39,101 nucleotides of DNA from positions 1 to 39,101 of IMG/VR virus record IMGVR_UViG_3300049917_000102; one strand, given 5' to 3'. Both the position numbers and the translations under genes were made by a program. This DNA is from a virus (lineage: Duplodnaviria > Caudoviricetes). Shown piece by piece: positions 1 through 9,183 of this stretch. The first letter of the stretch is position 1, and every line of letters begins with the position of its first letter. Under the pieces are notes generated by a model, which worked only from the letters and a program-made list of their open reading frames with translations, was not told the origin of the DNA and made no database searches.

Positions 1-5
1 TAGTA

Positions 6-123
6 GGAGGTAGGACGAAATTTCGTTATACATTTATTTTCTCCTCGCGCGCGCACTATATATATTAAAAAAAAGAGAGCTTTTAAAAAAATTAGTTTAT
101 ATACAAAAAATCATCCTACCTCC
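6..123. repeat. Inverted repeat flanking CG/TA alternating tracts; candidate replication origin
   Basis: GGAGGTAGGA (6-15) and TCCTACCTCC (114-123) are perfect reverse complements. Also present: palindrome ACGAAATTTCGT (15-26), CGCGCGCGC (46-54), TATATATA and A-tracts. Non-coding. Confidence 0.55.
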
Positions 124-154
124 AAGGTGGATACAGGACACTCTTATATGGTAC

Positions 155-183
155 TTGACTTATTGACATACATAATATAGATT
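155..183 (+). promoter_or_regulatory. Sigma70-type promoter
   Basis: TTGACT (155-160), 17 bp, TAGATT (178-183); RBS AGGAG precedes ATG 214. Confidence 0.6.
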
Positions 184-213
184 AAGTGAAAACTTAAACA
201 TAGGAGAGATAAA

Positions 214-657
214 ATGTTTGACATTGACAATCCATTCACTGCCGGTAACGCATCGTTCAGTTATATGGAGTTACTAAAATATTCACCTATCAGTGCGTTA
301 AATGTTAATAAATATTTGGCGTCGTGTTATATTGACACTGTGAATGAAGGTAAGTCTGGTGCACTGCTCAATGAGCATAAAATATCCAGAAAATATCATA
401 ATGCGTTGTATAATGATTTTTACAGGACAAAAGAAGACAAGGGTTTTCGTGATGCATCACCAGTAATGGAGATATATGACGCAGAATACAATGTACATCC
501 AGTGTTAAAATTATCACTAAGAGATAATATAGATAAGTATCGTGGGCACTTTTTACGCACTGCTTATAAGAAGGTTGCAATAGAGAGATGGCATATGTTA
601 CTTATCATTATTGAGGCTTTTGAAAATGGTAGGACTTTTGGTAAGTACGAACGATAA
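214..657 (+). CDS. Hypothetical protein (147 aa)
   Basis: ORF with RBS and upstream promoter; no motif recognised. Confidence 0.75.
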   Translation: MFDIDNPFTAGNASFSYMELLKYSPISALNVNKYLASCYIDTVNEGKSGALLNEHKISRKYHNALYNDFYRTKEDKGFRDASPVMEIYDAEYNVHPVLKLSLRDNIDKYRGHFLRTAYKKVAIERWHMLLIIIEAFENGRTFGKYER

Positions 658-721
658 CATCAGTAAGCATAGCGTGACATGAAGTTGCGCTTTATTGTGT
701 AGTGCGTCTTTTCTTTTTATA

Positions 722-876
722 GATAGCCGTGTCGATAGCGTATCTAGATAGCAATCAATACACTCATATAATATAAGATGCATATAATGATAGGTAGGGT
801 AGGGGGTGCCCCCGGTAGAAACTACTCCTTTGGTGAAAGAGTTTTTCTATATGTAACTTTATACCCCACCATTTTT
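722..876. other. Candidate packaging (pac/cos-like) region
   Basis: GATAGC x3 (722, 734, 747) and GGTAGGGTAGGGGGTGCCCCC (793-813), a GC-rich island in non-coding DNA upstream of the terminase operon. Confidence 0.4.
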
Positions 877-937
877 TCAACCTCTTTGACAAAAAAAACT
901 ACAAGCCAAATTTTCTGCAGGTAAAAAATGAAGGTAT

Positions 938-966
938 TTGACAATAGACAAAATAGACAATATTAT
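938..966 (+). promoter_or_regulatory. Strong sigma70-type promoter for the packaging/head operon
   Basis: TTGACA (938-943), 17 bp, TATTAT (961-966); RBS AAGGAG 974-979; ATG 986. Confidence 0.75.
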
Positions 967-985
967 TATGAAAAAGGAGCTACTC

Positions 986-1426
986 ATGAGTAATAAAAAA
1001 GAACAACTAGAAGCATTTATTAATGAAATTAACGGTCATTTAAACAGTCCAAGATTTAAAGAACCATTTCAGTTTATTCAAGGTCATATTCCTAGAAATA
1101 ATGATTTTAAATCAGCTACATTAAAGGAAATCCTAGAGGACTTAAGAAATGCTCAAATTGGATTTGACTATAATCTTGTACTTCAGTTGATCGAGCAACA
1201 GTCACTAGAGAAATTCAATGAGATTATCAATAGACGTATTAAGGGTATCAGTATGAGATCTTTAATGGAACTACGTCATGAAGTTGAAAAATACAGTCTT
1301 GAAGAAGATAAGAAGGAATTTGAGAAGAAGCTGGCGAAATTACCTGTAGAGGAAAAACCTGTTGCCGTTGAGAAGGTAGAGCCTGCTACTGAGTTAAAAT
1401 CAGTAAAAAAGAAATCTAAAAAATAA
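986..1426 (+). CDS. Hypothetical protein (146 aa; start moved from 938 to 986)
   Basis: The track's TTG at 938 is the -35 box, and the RBS supports ATG 986. Charged, Lys-rich C-terminus. Confidence 0.8.
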   Translation: MSNKKEQLEAFINEINGHLNSPRFKEPFQFIQGHIPRNNDFKSATLKEILEDLRNAQIGFDYNLVLQLIEQQSLEKFNEIINRRIKGISMRSLMELRHEVEKYSLEEDKKEFEKKLAKLPVEEKPVAVEKVEPATELKSVKKKSKK

Positions 1427-1482
1427 TGCATGATTTAATAGAACTAGATAAAATAAGAAGTGCATTTAATTAGGATTCTTGA

Positions 1483-2031
1483 TTGGACCTTATAGAACTA
1501 GATAAATTACCGAAAAAAACCCTAGAGAAGATCAAAATGATGTATTTTCTAGGGTTCACTGTATCTGAAATATCAGTACAGATGGACGTATCGGTAGATA
1601 CTCTCCGTAAATATGTATTTGGTATTGACGAATCTGGTACAGATCCGCTGTGTTGGCATCAGCAGAAAAAAGAAGTTGATAAGACTGGCGTAATTCCGTA
1701 CATGAAAGGTAAGGTAGATGCGCTGGAGAAAGCGACAGGGATGGCGTATAATTTGCTAACTAGAGGGCTGCAGAGTGTTGGTGACAGGGTAGAGGAATAT
1801 ACAGTTGATGAGGTTAAGAAATTAGCTGATATTGTAGCGACACTGGATAAAATAACGAGACTTGAGACTGGAAAACCGACAGATATTAGTGAAAGTGTAG
1901 TTGTTACGTTAAAAGAGGCGACAGAGATTTTGGCACGAGACCCGTTTTTTGTGGCAGAGTATAAAGAAATTAAAAAAGAAGAAGTCGAGTTAGAAGAAGT
2001 TGATTTTGGGGAGAATCCATTTGAGCGCTAA
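1483..2031 (+). CDS. terS: Terminase small subunit (putative)
   Basis: N-terminal HTH-like segment (TVSEISVQMDVSVDTLRKY), helical middle, RLETGKPT motif; directly upstream of terL; TTG start with AGGA RBS. Confidence 0.7.
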   Translation: MDLIELDKLPKKTLEKIKMMYFLGFTVSEISVQMDVSVDTLRKYVFGIDESGTDPLCWHQQKKEVDKTGVIPYMKGKVDALEKATGMAYNLLTRGLQSVGDRVEEYTVDEVKKLADIVATLDKITRLETGKPTDISESVVVTLKEATEILARDPFFVAEYKEIKKEEVELEEVDFGENPFER

Positions 2032-3526
2032 GAGGATGGCGGATAGGGATTTAGTAATAGAGCCTAATAGTGCGTATTCTGATAAGGAATTATTAGAGAG
2101 AAAAAAGATTTTTTTGGCAAATGTCTTGTCAGACTTAAACTCTATATGGACACCTCACAGTGGACAGATTCCAGTTGGTAAGGCGCTTTTTTTAGATGGT
2201 AAAAAGGATGTAATTGTAGAGTGTGGAAGAAAGTGGGGAAAAACCGAGATAGTGTGTTATGCGACACATAGGGTGGCGATGGTAACCCCAGAGACATTTT
2301 CGTATTATTTTACACCACAGCAAAATCAAATTAAAGAAATTATCTGGGATAATAATAGGATGCCTGGATTTTTGCCTATTCATTTACAGAGAAAATATGT
2401 AGACAGTATAAATAATACGGATAAGAAGATTTTTTTTAAAAATGGGTCGTATATAGCGTGTGATGGTAGTGACAATTACGATAAAGCCCGTGGATATTCG
2501 TGTACTGGTATTGCGGTATATGATGAGACGAAGGACTTTCACACTCAGTTTTATGATGCATTTGACCCGAATAGGGCGATTACAGATGCGCCGTTGTTAT
2601 CAGTCGGGACACCAGGAGATGGTACGGATTTGCTGACGAGATTGGCAGATTCGGCGATGCAAATGGCAGATGGTGCGTATTTTAACTTTCCAAGTTCGGT
2701 AAATCCGCACATTTCAGCGAAGTTTTTAGAAAAAAAGAAGATGGAATATATTGCTAGAGATGAATATGATTTATATGAGAGAGAGTATCTAGCAAAGCGT
2801 GTGAAGCTTGGTAGTAAGCACATTTTTCCAATGTTAAGTAAGAAGTATGTAGTTAAATATGAAAGCATGATAGAGTGTTTTAGGCAAAATAGAAAAGATT
2901 GGGACTTTTTTATGATTGCCGATCCTGGATCTAGTAAGTGCTTTGCTGTCTTATTTATGGCAGTTCATAGGTACGATAAGAGAATTTTCCTAGTTGATGA
3001 GTTATATGTAACGAAACTAGGAGAAAACGCCTCGTCGAAAATGATTCCTAAAATAATTGACAAGTGTAAAGAAATAAATTCTAATTTTCCTGACTGGTTA
3101 GGAACATATGACTATGCAGCGGCGTGGTTTTACAGTGATATTGTAGCAAATTATCCTGATTTTCCTATTGATCTTGTGGGTTGTGATAAAGACCTTAAGA
3201 ATAAAGAGAATAAACTCAGTTTAATAAAAGATACGATATTGGGTGGGTTTTTCTGGTTAAGTGATAGATGTGTAAAAATGTATTGGGAAATGGATAATTA
3301 TAGGACAGATGATAATGGTAAGATCCCAAAAGAGAATGACCATTTACTAGATTGTTTACGCTATGGGCTAAATTTAGCTGGATATTATATGGTTCCAGAT
3401 ACAAAGCCACCTAGTGACCCTGTTAAGTTTGAAAGATTTAGAATTACACCAGAAGCGGATATGGATTTTGATAAAAAAGTGGAGAATGCATATGGAGACA
3501 TCGATAATTATTTGTTTGGTAGTTAG
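2021..3526 (+). CDS. terL: Terminase large subunit
   Basis: PHSGQ adenine-binding motif, Walker A CGRKWGKT, Walker B AVYDE, nuclease DPG and DHLLDCLRY. Start uncertain (2000/2021/2036); TTG 2021 follows GGGGAG. Confidence 0.93.
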   Translation: MSAKRMADRDLVIEPNSAYSDKELLERKKIFLANVLSDLNSIWTPHSGQIPVGKALFLDGKKDVIVECGRKWGKTEIVCYATHRVAMVTPETFSYYFTPQQNQIKEIIWDNNRMPGFLPIHLQRKYVDSINNTDKKIFFKNGSYIACDGSDNYDKARGYSCTGIAVYDETKDFHTQFYDAFDPNRAITDAPLLSVGTPGDGTDLLTRLADSAMQMADGAYFNFPSSVNPHISAKFLEKKKMEYIARDEYDLYEREYLAKRVKLGSKHIFPMLSKKYVVKYESMIECFRQNRKDWDFFMIADPGSSKCFAVLFMAVHRYDKRIFLVDELYVTKLGENASSKMIPKIIDKCKEINSNFPDWLGTYDYAAAWFYSDIVANYPDFPIDLVGCDKDLKNKENKLSLIKDTILGGFFWLSDRCVKMYWEMDNYRTDDNGKIPKENDHLLDCLRYGLNLAGYYMVPDTKPPSDPVKFERFRITPEADMDFDKKVENAYGDIDNYLFGS

Positions 3527-3710
3527 TTTTGTAGCGATTTTATTATCGCTAGTTAATTTAGTTTTTAATGTTGTGGCTTTTGTTGAGTTAAGGTCTTTTA
3601 TGAAGAGTACACATAAGGTAGAATATTTACCATTGGACCCAATGGGATTATCTGAAGCTGAGAAATCAGTTGATGATATTATGAAAAAAGACCTCGGACT
3701 AGGAGAATAA
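3492..3710 (+). CDS. Small single-pass membrane protein
   Basis: GGAG 7 nt before ATG 3492; long hydrophobic stretch IIICLVVSFVAILLSLVNLVFNVVAFV; ends 1 nt before the portal start. Confidence 0.7.
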   Translation: METSIIICLVVSFVAILLSLVNLVFNVVAFVELRSFMKSTHKVEYLPLDPMGLSEAEKSVDDIMKKDLGLGE

Positions 3711-3711
3711 G

Positions 3712-5799
3712 ATGAGACAGTCTGTTTATGATGCTTTTAAGGAAAAGAGCAATTACGGTAGCTATAATACTAAGTTATTTCCGTTTATTAATCTACAAGA
3801 CCAAAAAGAAGTCTTGTCGTGGTTAACGACAGATATTAGAGAGAAGATTGACTCTAGAAGAACTGCTCTATGGGCGATGAGAAAAATCGAGGCGATGTAT
3901 AAAGGTATTGGATATTTACCTGATAGTACAAGAAGATTTCGTGACGATACAATGGCTGGTGATGACGGGTTAAATATCAGTAAGTCATTTGTTAATTTTG
4001 TAAACGAGATGGTAGATGCCAAGGTAGCACAGAGATCACGCTTTAAGCCTATTATTGCCGTTATTCCGCAGTCTGATGAGTTAGAAGATGAAAACCATGC
4101 AGAGTTAGCTAAATTAGCGCTAACAAGTAAAGCTCAGGAGATGGATTTTGAGACTATTTTTGCTGATGGTGATAAGACTAACTTTTTAAGAGGAGAGTCT
4201 TATACATATATCTATTGGGATAAAAACCTAGGTGGAGAAAATGCTAGATATAACGAGGCTAAGTCTGAAGGGATTACGCTAGAGCGTGAAGATGGAAGTG
4301 TAATCGAATCAGTTAAAAATGGCGATATTTGTATTAAGGTTTTAGGACCTGATAGAGCATTTCATCAGTTAAGAAAAAAGAATATCCATGACTGTGATGA
4401 TTTTTCAGTGGTGGATTTTAGGCACGTTGACGAGCTTAAATATGACTATCCAGAAGTAGCTGGTGAAATCAGTCCAGATGATATGTCTGGATATTATAAT
4501 GTTCCTCAGTATGAATCGGATATGACTAATATGTGTATGGTAGTAACATACTATCATAGACCGACTAAGTATTTACCAAATGGTGCTTATGTTAAGTACA
4601 CAAGAAATGTCATTTTAGAGATGAGCGATTTTCCATATAAGCATGGAAAATTACCATTTATTTTTGATACTGATATTGATGTTCCAGATGAAATTACAGG
4701 TAGACCATTTACTCATAACCTGGAAAGACTACAAAGACTACATGATATGGTTATGTATTCAACAGCTAAGGGATTTGCAGTATCTGCGTCTCCTAAGTGG
4801 GTTTATCCAAAGGGTGCGGTTGATCCTAATAAGCTATCTAATAAATACTCAGCGCTTGAATTTAAAGGTCCAGTAGCTCCGCAAATGGTGACATTTAATG
4901 GAGTAAATGCTGCTAGTGGTGATCTTTTAACGATGTCTGAGAGATACGTTGAAAAACAATCAGCGGTATATGGTATTTCTAGAGGAGAGCCGCCTAAAGG
5001 TATTAAGGCAGCGGTAGCACTACAGTTTTTAGATGAGCAAGAATTACAGCGTGAATCTCGTGGTATGGCAAAACGTCAGAGAAGAATTATCGATACGAAT
5101 AAGATGGTTTTATCGTTAATGCAACAGTATTACGTTGGATCTGATGGTCGTTTTGTTAAAATGCTAGGTGAAGATAACGAATATCTAATTAGAGATATTT
5201 CAAAAGCTGATTTTAGCAGATGTTATGACATTAGAATTGAGAACTCAAGTGCGTTACCTGATTCTAAGACAGGTAAGGTAGCCACAATTCTAGATATTAA
5301 CATGGCAACTCAAAATGATCCAGAAGGACCGTATTTTAAGAAGAATGAAATTACACAAATTCTAGATTTAGGTAACGATAGAAGATTTAAAAACCTAAGA
5401 ACTGCGTCTACAAAGGCAGCTCAATTTAAAATCAGTAAGATTTTAAATGGTGAGAATGTGCCTGAGCCTAGATCATTTGACGATTTCTTAGTTGAGTACC
5501 CATTATTCGTAGAAACACTACAGCAAAGAGAATATAAGGGTGAAAAACCTGAAATTATGTTGGCTCTAGAGGCTTATATTAAGTCTATGGAGTTTTTAAT
5601 GTGGGAAAAAGCTAAGATGAATCCAATGTTTCAGCAAAGAGTGATGGCATTTACGATTTATCCGATCTTTTTCAAGGTTCCAATGTTGGCACAGATGCCA
5701 CCAGTACAAAATGCACCTATGAATACAGCAGCACTACAAACAGCAAATAACCAGGTCGCACAGGACCAACAACAAGTGATAAATGAACAGGGAGTTTAA
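3712..5799 (+). CDS. Portal protein (P22-like)
   Basis: 695 aa, follows terL; PYKHGKLPF segment, coiled-coil region and Q/P/M-rich tail typical of podovirus portals. Confidence 0.85.
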   Translation: MRQSVYDAFKEKSNYGSYNTKLFPFINLQDQKEVLSWLTTDIREKIDSRRTALWAMRKIEAMYKGIGYLPDSTRRFRDDTMAGDDGLNISKSFVNFVNEMVDAKVAQRSRFKPIIAVIPQSDELEDENHAELAKLALTSKAQEMDFETIFADGDKTNFLRGESYTYIYWDKNLGGENARYNEAKSEGITLEREDGSVIESVKNGDICIKVLGPDRAFHQLRKKNIHDCDDFSVVDFRHVDELKYDYPEVAGEISPDDMSGYYNVPQYESDMTNMCMVVTYYHRPTKYLPNGAYVKYTRNVILEMSDFPYKHGKLPFIFDTDIDVPDEITGRPFTHNLERLQRLHDMVMYSTAKGFAVSASPKWVYPKGAVDPNKLSNKYSALEFKGPVAPQMVTFNGVNAASGDLLTMSERYVEKQSAVYGISRGEPPKGIKAAVALQFLDEQELQRESRGMAKRQRRIIDTNKMVLSLMQQYYVGSDGRFVKMLGEDNEYLIRDISKADFSRCYDIRIENSSALPDSKTGKVATILDINMATQNDPEGPYFKKNEITQILDLGNDRRFKNLRTASTKAAQFKISKILNGENVPEPRSFDDFLVEYPLFVETLQQREYKGEKPEIMLALEAYIKSMEFLMWEKAKMNPMFQQRVMAFTIYPIFFKVPMLAQMPPVQNAPMNTAALQTANNQVAQDQQQVINEQGV

Positions 5800-5802
5800 G
5801 TT

Positions 5803-6981
5803 ATGAGTCAAGCTTTAGTGAATCAGGTAATGCAGAAGGCAGCTTCAATGGAGCAAGCTCCTGCACAGGAGGCTAAAAGCGAATCTATTGCTAAGAAAGA
5901 GTATCCTAAAACTGAAAGTAAGGAGAAAGCCGAGTATGGTAAGGAGCCAGAAAAAGAACCAGCAAAAAAAGAGTACGAAATTGGGAATCCGACACCAAAA
6001 AGAGAAGAAAACAAAGAGCCTAGTAAAAAAGAGCCAAAAGAAGAAGTAGAAGAAAAAGAGGAAGAAGAAAAAGAAGAGAAAAAACCTGAATCTAACAAGA
6101 AGAAGGTTAAATATAAGATGGATGGTCAGGAGATCGAGGAAGAAGTTGATGAGCAAGAACTTATTAACAGTTATTCAGGTCAAAAGGCAATTCAGAAAAG
6201 ATTTACTGAGCTAGATCAAAAGACAAAAGCCTGGCAAAAAGAAAAACAACAAACTGAAGAGTATGTTAAAAATGTAGATAATTACATTGGTGGGATTAAA
6301 AACCACTTTGAAGGTGTGCTACAATCATTCAGTCAAGGAAAAGTTTCAGAAAATATTACTGAACCTATATTTGACATGGTTGACAAGTTAGGGCTAGATG
6401 CACAACAATTAGATAAGGCTTTGTTTTATCATTACATTCCAGTTGTTGCACAATTTCTGGATATGGATGATAATCAAAGAGATGCTTTTTTTGTTAAAAA
6501 AGAGAACGATTGGTTGAAGAAAAAACAGAACCAGGTCGGTGAGAGAGAGCGACAAACTCAAGAATACCAAAAGAGAATCGCCGAAGAAAACTCACTTAAG
6601 AGGCAAGCTGGAGTTTCTGAAGAACAATTTGCTGAATTACAGTCTGAGCTTGTAGAGAAGTTTGGTATGGATCCAAAGGAACTTAATGCGCAAAAGGTTA
6701 TCCAATGGTCAAAAGAAAAACCATCTTACGATAGAGCAGAGCAGTTAGTTCAGACCGCCGGAAAAGGCGACGTTTTCAAGGTAGCGGCATTGTTGGTTGA
6801 GTTTCCAGATGTTACTGATGAAGAAATCCTTAACTCTCTTGGTTACAAGGAAAAGAGAAAGGAAAAACTTAAAGAAGAACTTGCTGGTAAATTAGACACA
6901 AAATCAGCGCCTAAAAAGACAGATAGGCAAAAGCAATTAGAAGAAATGGCATTAGAGAAATTTAAAAACTACAGGAGATAA
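5803..6981 (+). CDS. Capsid scaffolding protein
   Basis: Between portal and capsid; E/K-rich disordered N-terminus, 'KYKMDGQEIEEEV...ELINSY' motif typical of scaffolds, coiled coils. Confidence 0.8.
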   Translation: MSQALVNQVMQKAASMEQAPAQEAKSESIAKKEYPKTESKEKAEYGKEPEKEPAKKEYEIGNPTPKREENKEPSKKEPKEEVEEKEEEEKEEKKPESNKKKVKYKMDGQEIEEEVDEQELINSYSGQKAIQKRFTELDQKTKAWQKEKQQTEEYVKNVDNYIGGIKNHFEGVLQSFSQGKVSENITEPIFDMVDKLGLDAQQLDKALFYHYIPVVAQFLDMDDNQRDAFFVKKENDWLKKKQNQVGERERQTQEYQKRIAEENSLKRQAGVSEEQFAELQSELVEKFGMDPKELNAQKVIQWSKEKPSYDRAEQLVQTAGKGDVFKVAALLVEFPDVTDEEILNSLGYKEKRKEKLKEELAGKLDTKSAPKKTDRQKQLEEMALEKFKNYRR

Positions 6982-6987
6982 TATTTT

Positions 6988-8292
6988 ATGGCATCAATGA
7001 CACCATGGTCTCTACAAACTAGAGATGAATCATTTAAAATTAAGTACGGGAAATTGGCTGAAGTTGTATTCAACGCTGGTCACGAAATCCTTTCACAAGT
7101 AAAAACAAACGAGAAATTCGTTGGTAAGTCTTATGTTGAAGATCAACCACTAGGTTTCTCAGGGTCAGTTGGTTCTCGTAAATTACCAGTGGCAAACACA
7201 GGTAAATACGCTAACTCTATCCTTTACTCTAAAAAACTTTACGGACGTGTATTAATCGACCGTGAATCATTAAAAGCTGCTTCTACATCTGAAGGTGCTT
7301 TCTATGACTTTATGGATCGCCCAATGGACGACCTAATGATGTCATACGATCGTAACCGTTCAAGAATGTTATTCAGTGACGGTACAGGTATCCTTGGATA
7401 CGGTGACGCTGCAGCTGCTGATGTAACTGGTGCTGGTACAAACGTATCTCCATACGTTGTTACTTTCACAGCTACTAAGTTCAATGAAGGTAACTGGGAA
7501 GAAGGAGACTTTGTTCAAGTTGTAACTGGTATCAACGCTCTTGGTGCTGGTGGTACAGCTGAAGGTGGAGATAACACTACTAACTTACTTGAAGTTGTAT
7601 CTGTTGATCCAGTTGCTTACACTGTGTCTTTAGTTGGTACTTCTGCTGTTCTTGCTGGTTTAGTAGCTGGTCCAGCTCCACTTGGCGCTACTGCTGCTAT
7701 CGTTATGCAAAGATCATACGAAGGTGATATGACAGGTCTTAGAAAAATCTCTAAGTACACTGAAGCATGGATTGCTGGTACACCTAACTTAGATCTTTAC
7801 AACATTCCTCTTCAAAGAAGATGGTCTATGTATGTAAAAGACGCTGCTGGTGGTGCAATTTCTACAGCTATCCTTAACCGTGACATCGTTCAAGTTAAGT
7901 ACCGTTGTGGTAAATCAATCAACCTTATCGCTTGTTCATACACTCAGTACCAAAAAATGCTTGAGCTTGCTGAAAACGATAAGCGTTACCCTATGACTCC
8001 AGTAAACAAGCAATACGCACAATTTGGTTTCGATGCTGTTCAGTATATGACACCAGATGGAGCTGTTCCTGTTGTTATGGATCGTATGTGTGCTAAAGAT
8101 GAAATCTGGTTATTAAATACTAAGTATATGGAATTTTACTTAAGACCAGGTGGAATTGAGTTTGCAGAAGAGGACGGGTCAGTCTTTTTACGCAGTGCAG
8201 ATGAAGACACTTACGAAGCAAGACTATGTTCATATGGTGAGCTTTTTATTTCGCCATCGTTTCACGGACACATTAAAAATCTCGCAATCTAA
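6988..8292 (+). CDS. Major capsid protein (HK97-fold, with G/T/V-rich insertion)
   Basis: 434 aa after scaffold; visibly biased codons (AAC, TAC, ATC, CGT) as in highly expressed genes; followed by a terminator. Confidence 0.85.
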   Translation: MASMTPWSLQTRDESFKIKYGKLAEVVFNAGHEILSQVKTNEKFVGKSYVEDQPLGFSGSVGSRKLPVANTGKYANSILYSKKLYGRVLIDRESLKAASTSEGAFYDFMDRPMDDLMMSYDRNRSRMLFSDGTGILGYGDAAAADVTGAGTNVSPYVVTFTATKFNEGNWEEGDFVQVVTGINALGAGGTAEGGDNTTNLLEVVSVDPVAYTVSLVGTSAVLAGLVAGPAPLGATAAIVMQRSYEGDMTGLRKISKYTEAWIAGTPNLDLYNIPLQRRWSMYVKDAAGGAISTAILNRDIVQVKYRCGKSINLIACSYTQYQKMLELAENDKRYPMTPVNKQYAQFGFDAVQYMTPDGAVPVVMDRMCAKDEIWLLNTKYMEFYLRPGGIEFAEEDGSVFLRSADEDTYEARLCSYGELFISPSFHGHIKNLAI

Positions 8293-8322
8293 TAACACAA
8301 TTAATAGTAATATTAATAAGTT

Positions 8323-8346
8323 AGGCCCACTTAGGTGGGCTTTTTT
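8323..8346 (+). terminator. Rho-independent terminator
   Basis: GCCCAC-TTAG-GTGGGC stem-loop followed by TTTTTT. Confidence 0.9.
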
Positions 8347-8351
8347 ATTTG

Positions 8352-8401
8352 TTGACATCACAAAAATGAACATATAAATTACTCCCCATAAAGGAGTATT
8401 T
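8352..8401 (+). promoter_or_regulatory. Promoter plus RBS-sequestering hairpin for the HNH gene
   Basis: TTGACA (8352-8357), 17 bp, TAAATT (8375-8380); TACTCC (8380-8385) pairs with GGAGTA (8393-8398). Confidence 0.65.
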
Positions 8402-9142
8402 ATGGAACTATCTAAAGAAGAAATCAGAAAACAAAAGAAAAGAGAATATGATCGGAAATTTGCTGAAAAGTATAAAGAAAGACGTAAGCAAATAGATGCA
8501 GAAAGATGGAAAAACAAAGGAAAAGAAATCTCTGATAAGAAGAAAAAAATCAGAAAAGATTTAAAGGAAAACAATCCAGAGGAGTATGAAAAGCTATTGG
8601 CTGAACAGAGAGAGCGACTAAGAAAATATCAGCAAGAGAATAGGGATTATGTAAATCAAAAACAGCGTGAATATAGAGAGAAGAATAAAGATAAGTGGTT
8701 AGAAATGATGAGGGCATATAGGGATCAAAATAGGGAAAGAATAAATTTTCTAAGAAGAAACTCTCCACACTATATGAATGAAAAAGCTCTTAAAAAGACA
8801 GAAGAATATAGATCTGAAAATAGAGAATACTATAGAGATTTATCTAGAAAATGGAGAAAGGTAAATCCTGAAAAAGTTAGGTATCATGGTGCAGTCAGAG
8901 AAAGACGACTAGAAAATGCATCTATCGGAAAAGAAATGTTTAGAAAGCAGATAGAGGATCTGTATTTAGCAAAAATTAACCTAGAAAAACTAACAGGAAT
9001 TAAGTACCACGTTGACCATATAGTACCAATCAAGCACGACCTCATCTGCGGTCTCCATGTTCCATGGAATTTAAGAATTATTCCAGCAGAAGAAAATATA
9101 AAAAAATCCAACAAACTAGACTTAAACCTAATTATGCCTTAA
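8402..9142 (+). CDS. HNH endonuclease with repetitive basic helical N-terminus
   Basis: C-terminal HVDHIVP...[12 protein letters not shown]...EN..KSN; N-terminal repeats like [10 protein letters not shown]. Probably a free-standing homing endonuclease. Confidence 0.9.
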   Translation: MELSKEEIRKQKKREYDRKFAEKYKERRKQIDAERWKNKGKEISDKKKKIRKDLKENNPEEYEKLLAEQRERLRKYQQENRDYVNQKQREYREKNKDKWLEMMRAYRDQNRERINFLRRNSPHYMNEKALKKTEEYRSENREYYRDLSRKWRKVNPEKVRYHGAVRERRLENASIGKEMFRKQIEDLYLAKINLEKLTGIKYHVDHIVPIKHDLICGLHVPWNLRIIPAEENIKKSNKLDLNLIMP

Positions 9143-9145
9143 AAT
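9117..9145 (+). promoter_or_regulatory. Sigma70-type promoter
   Basis: TAGACT (9117-9122), 17 bp, TAAAAT (9140-9145); GGAGG RBS before ATG 9184. Confidence 0.6.
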
Positions 9146-9183
9146 TTAACTACCACTAAGAAGTCGATAGAACGGAGGGTATT

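Noticed and set aside
886-914. Extra promoter at TTGACA 886-891
   Set aside because: No convincing -10 at 16-18 bp spacing; the 938-966 promoter explains expression.
5823-6156. Antisense Phe/Ser-rich ORFs, and the other shadow ORFs in the track
   Set aside because: They are mirror images of the A-rich Glu/Lys codons of the scaffold gene; similar shadow ORFs elsewhere overlap well-supported genes and show no motifs.
8402-9142. Group I intron around either HNH gene
   Set aside because: Flanking genes look complete and the non-coding flanks are too short for a ribozyme core.
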